Made by a program: the position numbers and the translations under genes
Part shown: positions 19,326 to 27,758 of the stretch, one piece after another
How the letters are laid out: each line of letters begins with the position of its first letter
Numbering within the stretch: the first letter of the stretch is position 1
Origin: Chthonomonadales bacterium
GTDB lineage: Bacteria > Armatimonadota > Chthonomonadetes > Chthonomonadales > CAJBBX01
Reading direction: 5' to 3'
DNA: 64,000 bases
NCBI GenBank assembly: GCA_037443035.1
Contig: JBBIPC010000001.1
Location: 128,001-192,000, forward strand
The notes under the pieces: generated by a model
Told to the model about the DNA's origin: nothing
The model's database searches: none
The model's input: only the letters and a program-made list of their open reading frames with translations

Positions 19326-20006
19326 TCAGTTCGTCTCCCAGATCGCCGGAAAAACAAGGACCGACGCAGCCACCATCATGGCGGCGTAGCCCACCAATCC
19401 ACCTACGTCACGCATCCAGGACCAGTCGTCGGCGTCAGCGCCCACGGCACGCCTCGTGGCAACGACGGCCATCATCAGAAGTGGCAGGACCACAGGGAAA
19501 CCAAGTGCTCCAAACAGTGCCCCACGCGCCCGTGCCTTCGCTACAATAGCCCCAACGATGGTGGCAGCAGATGCCAGCGCCACGCTGCCGAATACCACCA
19601 CTCCGACGAACTGGCCGGCCCGAGGCACAGGCAGCCCTGTTATCAATAGAAACAATGGGACGGCCACAAGACCCACGACGCCCAGCAGCGCAAGGTTGTA
19701 GAGCAGCTTCCCGACGTACACTCCCTCTGCGCTGGCAGCCATGAGCAGTGCTGAAGCCGTGCCTCCTTCCTCCTCCTCGACAAAGACGTGTGCGAGGCCA
19801 GAGAAGGCAGCGAAGAAGAGCACGATCCAGAGAAGTGGGACGGCCACGTCGGATGTCAACGCAAGACCTGCCAGTGCGAACCCCACGACCACCAGCGATG
19901 TCACGGCGAAGAGCAGCACGGATGTGACGGAGGTGCGCTCACGAAACTCTATACGCATGTCTTTGGCGCAGATCGCCAACGCCTGGCGCCACCATGCCTG
20001 GCTCAC
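19326..20006 (-). CDS. ccmB: Heme exporter protein CcmB
   Basis: KDMRIEFR, FVEEEEGGT, LGFPVVLPLL, about 6 TM. Confidence 0.9.
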   Translation of the reverse strand: MSQAWWRQALAICAKDMRIEFRERTSVTSVLLFAVTSLVVVGFALAGLALTSDVAVPLLWIVLFFAAFSGLAHVFVEEEEGGTASALLMAASAEGVYVGKLLYNLALLGVVGLVAVPLFLLITGLPVPRAGQFVGVVVFGSVALASAATIVGAIVAKARARGALFGALGFPVVLPLLMMAVVATRRAVGADADDWSWMRDVGGLVGYAAMMVAASVLVFPAIWETN

Positions 20007-20674
20007 TGGCTCGCCGTACTCCCGAGATGAATCAGGGCATCCGCCATATCGAGTTCGCGGTCGTCGTTGCCGGCAACCACTGTCACACCGGCGTCCCGAT
20101 GCATCTCGACCAGACGACGAACAGCTTCGATGGCAGCCAGATCCAGGTTTCCGAACGGTTCATCCAGCAGGAGAATTCTGGGACGGTGGATCGTAGCGCA
20201 GACGTACCGGAGCCGCTGCCTCATTCCGGACGAATAGGAGCGGACGGGATCGCGCAGACGTCGGCCGAGGCCAAACACAGCCAGCGCTTCGCGGATCTCC
20301 TCGCTGGTGAGGACAATACCGCGTAACGCCGCGTAGAGCTCGACGTGCTCAGCGCCGGTCAGTGACGGGTACAAGCCCACCTCCGGAGCGACCCAGCCGA
20401 TCACTGCCCGTCTCTCATGCCGATCGAGCGTGCGACCTGAGACGGTTACCCGTGCTTCGCCGCTATCCGGCACGAGAATGCCAGCGAGGATGCGAAGCAG
20501 GGTGCTCTTTCCGGATCCATTGGGTCCCGAGACGCCAAGCACGGTGCCCTGCTCGATGGTGGCACTGACGTCGGTCAGTACGCGCCGCCGCCCGTACCGC
20601 TTGGAGACGTTCGACAGTGCAATGCACACGGGTTCGCAGGTACCGGGCGGCGTGCTGGCGTGCAGCGCGATCAT
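20003..20674 (-). CDS. ccmA: Heme ABC exporter ATPase CcmA
   Basis: GPNGSGKST, YSSGMRQR, LLLDEP; first gene of the ccm cluster; start uncertain (ATG 20674 lies just after a TATAAT at 20690-20685). Confidence 0.85.
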   Translation of the reverse strand: MIALHASTPPGTCEPVCIALSNVSKRYGRRRVLTDVSATIEQGTVLGVSGPNGSGKSTLLRILAGILVPDSGEARVTVSGRTLDRHERRAVIGWVAPEVGLYPSLTGAEHVELYAALRGIVLTSEEIREALAVFGLGRRLRDPVRSYSSGMRQRLRYVCATIHRPRILLLDEPFGNLDLAAIEAVRRLVEMHRDAGVTVVAGNDDRELDMADALIHLGSTASQ

Positions 20675-20780
20675 TGCGGCCGACATTATACCTGGGTTCT
20701 TAGCCCCGGTAAACAGTGCACATTGCTTCACGTAATATCTGCTCGCAGAGCAGCCGTCTCGGCCGTACCACGAACGGCGA

Positions 20781-21054
20781 TGCTGCATGCGAGGACTGCT
20801 GCGCTACGAGGTACCTGCGCTACGAACACGCCTGGGCGACTGAGGCAGCCGCTTTTCCTCAATATCTGAAGGGAATCCCCGGTAAGGGGTGAGGCGTCAC
20901 CGGCCGGTCTGACCGCACCTGAATTGCATGCCACACGCTCACTGAGGTCAACGTTCGTGCCCACGACAACCGGCGTGTTCTGGCGACATGTCGGCGTCAC
21001 CCAGCCCGGCGCAGACGCATCACGAGATCGAGGCCGCTGCGCAATGGCTGCATC
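20781..21054 (+). repeat. Degenerate direct repeat copy A (REP-like motif + probable decayed transposase 3' end)
   Basis: Colinear with 24879-25150 via shared blocks TGCTGC..GCGAGGAC..CTGCGCTACGAG, GCCGCTT, CCGGTCTGACC, GCTCA, CCGGC, GTCACCCA, ATCGAGG, GGCTGCATC; contains stops and a 1-bp gap. Confidence 0.7.
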
Positions 21055-21112
21055 GAGACAGCCCCGTCACATAGACACGTGGCGCGATCCTGCGTACGGC
21101 GGCCGTCGCAGC

Positions 21113-24100
21113 CTAAGGCCGCGAAGACAGGGTCCAGACCTGGGTCAGGGTCAATCTCTCCCTGGGTTGAAGTTGCCTTTCGGGCGTGAACAGCTCGAGG
21201 TTCACCCGGCCCTGTTCCCGAGACCAGTTGAGGAGACAACGGGCGACCTGTTCCCGAGCGAACGTGCAGCGGATGCGTCGGCCGGATTGCGGGTCCACGA
21301 TGGCCCATTCGCCTGCCGGCATATCCTCGCCATCGAGCCAAAGGTCCATTTCGGATTGGGCTTCGGTCAAGGAAATCGTCCGGAGCGAACCGTCGCTCCT
21401 CTTGATCTCGACAACGGTCCCAGGACCAAACGAGGCGGTGAAGGTGGGGTGGCCACGGAGACAGGCAGTCTTGGGAGCGCCGGAAGTGTTGGAGAGTTCG
21501 GAAGCGATGGTGAGCTGCGCCGAAGAGGGGTCCAACTCGATGCGGCGTGTCAACCGAAGGCCGTTGGGTAGCGTGGCTTCCAGAACTGCGTGGCGATCGC
21601 TGCGCTCGCGAACCGTGTAGAGCTCCTGCCAGCCTGGGGTGCGGTAGCCGGGTTCGCTGTACTCCTCGTAGCCGTGAACGAGGGGCTCCCAGCCGTCGGC
21701 GCTTCCCGCGACGGCGATGCAATCGCGCCCTTGTGCGTCGCGGAGCCGCCAGATCCGGCCTCCGAGGCCAGGAAGCACGTCTGCCCGAAGTCCTCCGCCC
21801 TCCAGGCGGAGGATTTCAAGTTCCTTGGGGCGCCTCGGCACCGACTTCAGCCAAGCATCCAGCGTGGCATCCGGTCCACCTTCGCGCACCATGGTGACAC
21901 CCTCGGCCCGCGCGATCCGCTCGAAGCGATCGGCCAGCGCAGCGATGTCCGAGCCGCCGTGTTGCCGCAGCTGCCCGTTCTCCTCACGATACGGGCCGCT
22001 CTGGTTCAAGACGATCTCGGCATAGAGGATGGGCAACCGGGCCACTTCTACACGGTGGAGCCGTACCGCGTCGTTCCGCACGTCCGCCTCGGCTTCGTCG
22101 AAAATCGCTCGCGCCCTCGATAGCATCTCGGCGGTCACGTAGCTCTTCGGGTGGGAGTAGATCATCACATGGTTGTTGGGATCCCGCTGGGTCTCTTCGT
22201 GGATGAGCCGGATGTACCGCTGGATATGCGGCGAGGCCGCGCCGTAGTAGGCGTCGCAGAACTCGCGGATGGCCTTGTCGGTGTCGTAGTTGGGGTCCCA
22301 GAGTGTCTTTGCGATGATGTAGTTGCGAAGTTCCTGGAGCTCCGAGCCCTTGGTGAAGTAGCAGGATTCCTCGTAGATGCCCTTCACGCCGTTGGCCAGG
22401 AAGAACTGGATGTTGGGCTTGAGGACGTAGAGGTTCGGGAAGGGGCATATGGAGTGAGCGTAGTTGATGACATAGTCCCAAATCCACAGCCGGTCGCATA
22501 TCTTGCTCCAACCCTTGATATCTTCCACGAAGCTCGCGTTATGGGGGTCCGTGGCGAGGGGGTGGATGAAGCAGCACTCGATGCTACACAGACAGATAAT
22601 GACATTCGGCCGCGGCTTGGTGAGCTTGGGCGGCTTGCGTGTGTATTGGTAGGCCAACGTCTCGATGGCGATGTTGGGGTGGTCCTTGGCGATGGCGTCG
22701 GCAACGGCGTTGACGAACCGCAGGAGCGGCCCAGCCTGGCTCCCCTCCTCCTCTGCAACCGCGGTACAGTTGGGGCATTCGCAGTAGTTGAACGTATCGT
22801 TCTGCGAGACCGAGAAGACCGTCATGCTGGGATTCTCGCGGATCCACTTGCGGACGCCCTCGATGCAGATCTTCAGCACATCGGGATTCGTCAAGCAAAG
22901 CTGCGCATAGCCTGACTGGCGCTTGCCGTTCACCAACGAGAAGTACTCCGGATGCTCGGCGAAGTAGCGCTCCGGCGGGCAGAGGGCCGCAAACGTATGC
23001 GCCAACGAATGCACGCCCACGTTGCCGCCCTGCTCGGGCGTTATGGCATGGTTGGCGCCGTTGAGCCGCAGGCGCGCCGCGAACTCTCCCGAACGCGCTA
23101 CGGGGTAGTCGCCGCCGCGGTATTCCAGCGGTGGGGCATAGCGGCGATCGATCTTGCTGACGGCGATGCGGCCACTCTTGGGCCAGGTGCGGCAGTCCGG
23201 GGTGAACAACCGGCAGCCCACGTAGTCCTCGAGGAACGTGTAGACGGCGTAGAGCACGCCGCGGCCGTTGCCTCCGAAAGCGATGGCGGGCCCGATAGTT
23301 CGGATCCGCAGCTCCTCCCGGCCGAGGCGGAGTTTCGGTTCCGCTGTCGCCTTGCACCGTCCGACGAAGAGCCCGGTCCGTCCGGCCAGGTCCCGTTCCG
23401 AAACGATGGGGATGGCGCTGCCGGTCACGAGCTCCAAATGGTGCTGCAGCTCCCGCGCCGCGTAGCGTTCGACAGCCACGGGCCGGTCGGGCAGTACGAT
23501 GGCATGGGTCTGCGGGGTCAGACGCTTCCCGCCGATGGTCAACACACACTGGCCCAACTGCGCCCTCTCGGAATCGAGCTGGGCTTCCTGTTGCCGAAGC
23601 CGGGCGATACCGCGCCGAAGAACCGCGGCGGCCTCGGATTGCTGTTCCGTGTTCGACATGGCACCCTCCAAGGTCCTGAGCCAAGATTGCACGCGACGAC
23701 GACGCTCGGCGATGGTGGATGGTCCCTCGTTCGCCGTGCTCGACCGCTCCAGCAAGAGTTCGACGGCGCGGACGCACCGGTCATAGCGGGGATTCATCCG
23801 GAGCGCACGGACGATGACGTTCGCACGCTGGAGATCGCTGAGACCGGCAGTCATCTGCATGAACCGGGCCACGCCCTCGTGATAGGTCGGACCGCCGTAG
23901 GCCACTGCCTCGGCAGCGTAGCGCGCGCGCTCGGCGGGGGCCTTGGCGGCCAAAGCGAGCACAGTGGCTACGTCGGCCCGAAGCAATCCATCGGCTCCGG
24001 GTAGCAACTTCTCGGCTTCGGCCAAACGGCCCTTGGCGACGAGCCACCGCGCGAGCAGCCTCGTCTCGGTTTCGTTACGAGCGGGGTTCCGCTGGATTTC

Positions 24101-24607
24101 AGCCATGACTTCCGACGGCTCCGCGATCTTCTCCACGACTACATCGTCCACCCATGCCTCGGAGTTCTCCGCGTCTATGTAGGCCAGGGGATGCACATAC
24201 ATCGTGGAGTAGGGCGAAACGAACGTTGTCTCCATGCGGGTCCATTCCGAGATGTTCCCCGTGATGGGCACGGCCGCCACGAACACCCATTCGTAGCTGT
24301 CCCATTCGTAGCAGTACGGCGCGTAGAAAGTGCCTTTCCGCACGTTCGCCTTCCCGTAGCACGTCACCCGGTACCGCGCGAACGGCTCCACCTCCAGCCT
24401 GCCGCCCAGCGCGTCCCAGTGTTTCTCTGCGTCCACCCGCAAGTGCCCCGCCTTCTGGCCCGACCGAGCCTGTGTGGCAACTCCCGTCGCTTCGAAACCC
24501 GGATCTGGATAGATGTTACGTTGGGCGAGCTTCGTTGCGGGATTCGCATAGGCGGCCGTCGCACCGAAGACCAGAGCCGCCGCGACGAACGAACGAACTT
24601 TCGACAC
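21113..24607 (-). CDS. Large secreted DUF4838-domain protein (CBM-like N-term, GH67/GH20-type N domain, mutarotase-like C-term)
   Basis: Signal peptide after GGAGG-GTG 24607; DPGFE CBM-like start; YAARELQHHL..TG; HPEYFSL..G.R...QLCLTNPDV; SQND...CECPNC; PGLGGRIW. Confidence 0.8.
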   Translation of the reverse strand: MSKVRSFVAAALVFGATAAYANPATKLAQRNIYPDPGFEATGVATQARSGQKAGHLRVDAEKHWDALGGRLEVEPFARYRVTCYGKANVRKGTFYAPYCYEWDSYEWVFVAAVPITGNISEWTRMETTFVSPYSTMYVHPLAYIDAENSEAWVDDVVVEKIAEPSEVMAEIQRNPARNETETRLLARWLVAKGRLAEAEKLLPGADGLLRADVATVLALAAKAPAERARYAAEAVAYGGPTYHEGVARFMQMTAGLSDLQRANVIVRALRMNPRYDRCVRAVELLLERSSTANEGPSTIAERRRRVQSWLRTLEGAMSNTEQQSEAAAVLRRGIARLRQQEAQLDSERAQLGQCVLTIGGKRLTPQTHAIVLPDRPVAVERYAARELQHHLELVTGSAIPIVSERDLAGRTGLFVGRCKATAEPKLRLGREELRIRTIGPAIAFGGNGRGVLYAVYTFLEDYVGCRLFTPDCRTWPKSGRIAVSKIDRRYAPPLEYRGGDYPVARSGEFAARLRLNGANHAITPEQGGNVGVHSLAHTFAALCPPERYFAEHPEYFSLVNGKRQSGYAQLCLTNPDVLKICIEGVRKWIRENPSMTVFSVSQNDTFNYCECPNCTAVAEEEGSQAGPLLRFVNAVADAIAKDHPNIAIETLAYQYTRKPPKLTKPRPNVIICLCSIECCFIHPLATDPHNASFVEDIKGWSKICDRLWIWDYVINYAHSICPFPNLYVLKPNIQFFLANGVKGIYEESCYFTKGSELQELRNYIIAKTLWDPNYDTDKAIREFCDAYYGAASPHIQRYIRLIHEETQRDPNNHVMIYSHPKSYVTAEMLSRARAIFDEAEADVRNDAVRLHRVEVARLPILYAEIVLNQSGPYREENGQLRQHGGSDIAALADRFERIARAEGVTMVREGGPDATLDAWLKSVPRRPKELEILRLEGGGLRADVLPGLGGRIWRLRDAQGRDCIAVAGSADGWEPLVHGYEEYSEPGYRTPGWQELYTVRERSDRHAVLEATLPNGLRLTRRIELDPSSAQLTIASELSNTSGAPKTACLRGHPTFTASFGPGTVVEIKRSDGSLRTISLTEAQSEMDLWLDGEDMPAGEWAIVDPQSGRRIRCTFAREQVARCLLNWSREQGRVNLELFTPERQLQPRERLTLTQVWTLSSRP

Positions 24608-24877
24608 CCTCGATACCTCCACTTCTGCTGATCCTGGCGCAATGCTTCGTACGGTTACGCTTAGATTCCTGCCAACGACCGACGGTCCGCTTTGGTCCCT
24701 GAGCCCTTGGACGGAGGTCGTGCGGTGTGGCAATCCGATCGGGGCGGGCACTCTCCGGGACGATCACACTGGAGAGGCGGGGCGGGGTCGGGATCTGGTG
24801 CTCCCACCTGTTTCGTCGTGGGGGCAATGGGGCCACCAGGATACTGCGCGTCTCGTTGCGTCGTGTAGGATCTGGTG

Positions 24878-24905
24878 GTGCTGCGGGCGAGGACGCCTGC
24901 GCTAC
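24878..24905 (-). repeat. GTAG-type REP-like palindrome
   Basis: Minus strand GTAGCGCAGGCGTCCTCGCCCGC: GTAG foot plus imperfect GCAGGCG/CGCCCGC hairpin; decayed tandem copies GTAGCGCAG at 20799-20823. Confidence 0.55.
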
Positions 24906-25150
24906 GAGACACGTGTGCAACGAAGCGGTTGCGCGGCAGAGGAGGCCGCTTCACCCAGGGGTTCGAGAGAAGTTCCGTGATTGATCGGAGATCGCGGCCC
25001 GGTCTGACCACGCCGATGTGCCGTGCGACAGGCTCATTCATGCCTATCTGTCTACCGACCAAGCCCGGCAGGCTCTGATGGACACGTCCCTGTCACCCAA
25101 TCCGGCTGGCATGCGTAGAGGCATCGAGGAGGCTGTCCAGCGGCTGCATC
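24879..25150 (+). repeat. Degenerate direct repeat copy B (REP-like motif + probable decayed transposase 3' end)
   Basis: Colinear with 20781-21054; reads EKFRD*SEIAARSDHADVPCDRLIHAYLSTDQARQALMDTSLSPNPAGMRRGIEEAVQRLH. Confidence 0.7.
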
Positions 25151-25272
25151 CCAACGTTTCGGCCATGCGAGGTGACGCTACCAGACGTTCCGGTCTGGTT
25201 CTTAGGTGAGGCAACACTGATTGCTGTGGACCCGGGTACGATGGACAGACCCACGCCAGACGCGTACGGCCA

Positions 25273-25301
25273 TTGACTCGCGTTGCCTCCTCTGGTATAC
25301 T
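25273..25301 (+). promoter_or_regulatory. sigma70 promoter for infC-rpmI-rplT
   Basis: TTGACT (25273-25278), 17 bp, TATACT (25296-25301). Confidence 0.8.
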
Positions 25302-25342
25302 CCCGCGCGTCATCTCACCCGAGAATAGAAGAGGGTCAACCC

Positions 25343-25882
25343 ATAAACAAAGAGCTTCGCGTTAACGAGCAGATCCTACGCTACAACCGCGACCTGCCGC
25401 GTGTGCGGGATGTGCGCGTGATTGACGAGAACGGCGAACAGCTCGGGATCATGGACGTCCGACGAGCGTTAGAGGTGGCCAGAGAACGATCGCTGGACCT
25501 GATCGAGGTTGCGCCCCAAGCCGTACCGCCGGTGTGCCGGATCATGGACTATGGGAAGTTCAAGTACGACCAGTCCAAGCACGATCGGACGGCACACAAG
25601 AAGCAGAGGGGTGGAGACCTCAAGGTCGTGTTGCTGCGTCCGCAGACCGATGAGCATGACCTCGAGTTCAAGGTTCGGAACGCGGTGAAGTTCTTGAAAG
25701 AGGGCGACAAGGTCCGCATGACAGTACGGTTCCGGAGCCGTGAGATCACGCATCCGGAGTTTGCGGTGGAACTGCTGCAGAAGGTGGCAGAGATGGTCAA
25801 AGACGTGGCTGTCGTGGAGAAGGGAGCCGCCATGGAAGGCAGAACGATGACCATGACGCTCGCTCCGAAGAAAGAAAGTTGA
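25343..25882 (+). CDS. infC: Translation initiation factor IF-3, ATA start codon
   Basis: RVNEQI, VIDENGEQLG, LDLIEVAP..PPVCRIMDYGKFKY; SD GAAGAGGG 7 bp before ATA 25343; the ORF-track TTG lies inside the promoter. Confidence 0.95.
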   Translation: MNKELRVNEQILRYNRDLPRVRDVRVIDENGEQLGIMDVRRALEVARERSLDLIEVAPQAVPPVCRIMDYGKFKYDQSKHDRTAHKKQRGGDLKVVLLRPQTDEHDLEFKVRNAVKFLKEGDKVRMTVRFRSREITHPEFAVELLQKVAEMVKDVAVVEKGAAMEGRTMTMTLAPKKES

Positions 25883-25922
25883 GGCCGATAGACGACGGTC
25901 TCGGTATGGGGAACGGATAGGA

Positions 25923-26123
25923 ATGCCGAAGATACGCACATCGAAGACGGTGGCAAAGAGGTTCAAGGTTAGCGCCGATGGAAAGCTCCTACGGCGTAGC
26001 GTTGGACTCAACCACCTGATGCGTAAGAAGTCCAAGAGCAGGCGTCGGTCGCTCACCAAGGGTAGCGAGCTCGACCCTGGTAACAAGCAGCGCATCGTTC
26101 GCATGCTGGGTGGGCTGAGCTAA
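25923..26123 (+). CDS. rpmI: 50S ribosomal protein L35
   Basis: MPKIRTSKTVAKRFKVS..GK, NHLMRKK; synteny. Confidence 0.95.
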   Translation: MPKIRTSKTVAKRFKVSADGKLLRRSVGLNHLMRKKSKSRRRSLTKGSELDPGNKQRIVRMLGGLS

Positions 26124-26205
26124 CGCCACCCAGCGCACCAACACGAGAGAACGGGAAATCGAAGCGGGCATAGCCCCTCCCGTCTGTTAGGAGCCGAAAG
26201 AATCC

Positions 26206-26577
26206 ATGCCACGTGTCAAGCGAGGGACGCTGGTACGAAAGCGTCACAAGAAGATACTCGATGCCGCGTCCGGTTACTTCAGCGGCAAGCACCGCCTGTT
26301 TCGCAGTGCCAACGAGCAGGTGCTCAAGAGTGGTGCATATGCCTATAGAGACAGGCGGAATCGCAAGCGCGAGTTCCGCCGCCTGTGGATCACCCGCATC
26401 AGTGCTGCGTGCCGTGCCAATGGTCTATCCTACAATCGCTTCATTCAGGGACTTGGACTAGCCGGCATCGCCGTGGACCGTAAGGTACTGGCAGATCTTG
26501 CAGTGTCCGATGCGGGCGCGTTCGAGCGCCTAGTCGCTGCCGCGGCAGGCGCTTTGTCTTCAGCCGAGAAGGCATGA
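26206..26577 (+). CDS. rplT: 50S ribosomal protein L20
   Basis: [28 protein letters not shown]. Confidence 0.97.
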   Translation: MPRVKRGTLVRKRHKKILDAASGYFSGKHRLFRSANEQVLKSGAYAYRDRRNRKREFRRLWITRISAACRANGLSYNRFIQGLGLAGIAVDRKVLADLAVSDAGAFERLVAAAAGALSSAEKA

Positions 26578-26706
26578 GATAACGAACGAGGGCCCGCCGG
26601 CAACTCGCAGCATCCGGGAACTCCCGTTATCTATAGCAACAAGGCAGACGCCTCGGCAGCATTCCACCGGGTGAAGCTCGGATGGAGAGCTGGCGGGGCG
26701 TTGTTC
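26577..26706 (+). ncRNA. Candidate structured RNA / pheS leader
   Basis: Long interrupted stem 26584-26626 pairing with 26668-26706, plus an alternative stem AGATAACG/CGTTATCT. Confidence 0.4.
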
Positions 26707-26752
26707 TTAGAGGCCTATCCACGGTGGGCAGTGTACGCTGGGAGATAAAGGG

Positions 26753-27733
26753 ATGAACGATATCGAGCAACTGCTTCGACAAGCGCAGGTAGAGCTCGCC
26801 GGAGCTACTACGTCTGGCGATATCGCTGCTGTCGAGGCTCGGTACCTCGGATCGAAGGGCACAATACAGGCCCTCCTGAAGACCATCGGGTCGCTTCCGC
26901 TAGAGCAAAGACCAACGTTTGGCGCCCGGGTCAACGAGGCCAAGGCAGCGCTGACAAGGATGGTGGCAGAGCGCCGCGCCTTCGTCGAAGCAGAGGAGTT
27001 GCGGCAGCGCCTAGCCTCCGAAGCAGTGGATGTAACGTTGCCTGGCTTGCCAGTCCCCTGTGGTCGGCTGCATCCTCTGTCCGCCACCGTCCGGCGCATC
27101 AAGGAAGTGCTGATTGGGTTGGGATTCGAGTTCGTTGACGGTCCAGAGTTGGAAGACTACGAGCACAACTTCGAAGCTCTGAACTATCCTGAGGAGCATC
27201 CAGCCTTCGATGAACAAATGACCTTCTATGTGGACGACAGCCGTCTCCTACGCACACAGACTACCTCCATTCAGGGACGGGTAATGTGCCAGAGGCGGCC
27301 GCCGTTCCGCATCGCGACTACCGGACGATGCTTCCGTTATGAAGCTGTCGACGCGACGCATCACCATACGTTTCACCAGGTGGACGTGTTCATGGCGGAT
27401 GAGGGCATCTCTCTTGCCGACCTGAAGGGGATTCTGCGGTGCTTCGCGAGCGCAATGTTCGGTGAGGATGTCCAGGTGCGATTTCGTCCGGACTACTTTC
27501 CATTCGTAGAGCCAGGCGTGGATTACTCCATCCTGTGGCATGGTCGGTGGCTAGAACTAGGCGGAGCCGGGCTGATCCATCCGAACATCCTCGAGCATTA
27601 CGGCATCGATTCGGAACGCTACACTGGCTTCGCCTTCGGCCTGGGCGTGGAGCGGATCCACATGATTCGGCATGGCGTCACCGACCTGCGCAACTACCTG
27701 GATAATGACATTCGCTTCCTGAGCTGCTTCTGA
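26753..27733 (+). CDS. pheS: Phenylalanine--tRNA ligase alpha subunit
   Basis: GRLHPL, NFEALN..HPA, LLRTQT, FRPDYFPFVEP, GFAFGLGVERI. Confidence 0.97.
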   Translation: MNDIEQLLRQAQVELAGATTSGDIAAVEARYLGSKGTIQALLKTIGSLPLEQRPTFGARVNEAKAALTRMVAERRAFVEAEELRQRLASEAVDVTLPGLPVPCGRLHPLSATVRRIKEVLIGLGFEFVDGPELEDYEHNFEALNYPEEHPAFDEQMTFYVDDSRLLRTQTTSIQGRVMCQRRPPFRIATTGRCFRYEAVDATHHHTFHQVDVFMADEGISLADLKGILRCFASAMFGEDVQVRFRPDYFPFVEPGVDYSILWHGRWLELGGAGLIHPNILEHYGIDSERYTGFAFGLGVERIHMIRHGVTDLRNYLDNDIRFLSCF

Positions 27734-27758
27734 CCGTTTACTGTAGAGGAGGAAGGCT

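Noticed and set aside
21984..24004. Long alternative-frame ORFs inside the DUF4838 gene (e.g. 22584-23777, 22952-24004)
   Set aside because: Shadow ORFs expected from high-GC codon bias; no recognisable motifs
25018..25209. 63-aa ORF as a real small protein
   Set aside because: An in-frame stop lies just upstream and the sister copy has stops and a frameshift; better explained as a decayed relic
26578..26752. T-box, SRP RNA or pheM attenuator upstream of pheS
   Set aside because: No GGTGGNACC T-box, no GGAA-tetraloop/AGCAG SRP core and no Phe-rich leader ORF; kept only as an unknown structured RNA
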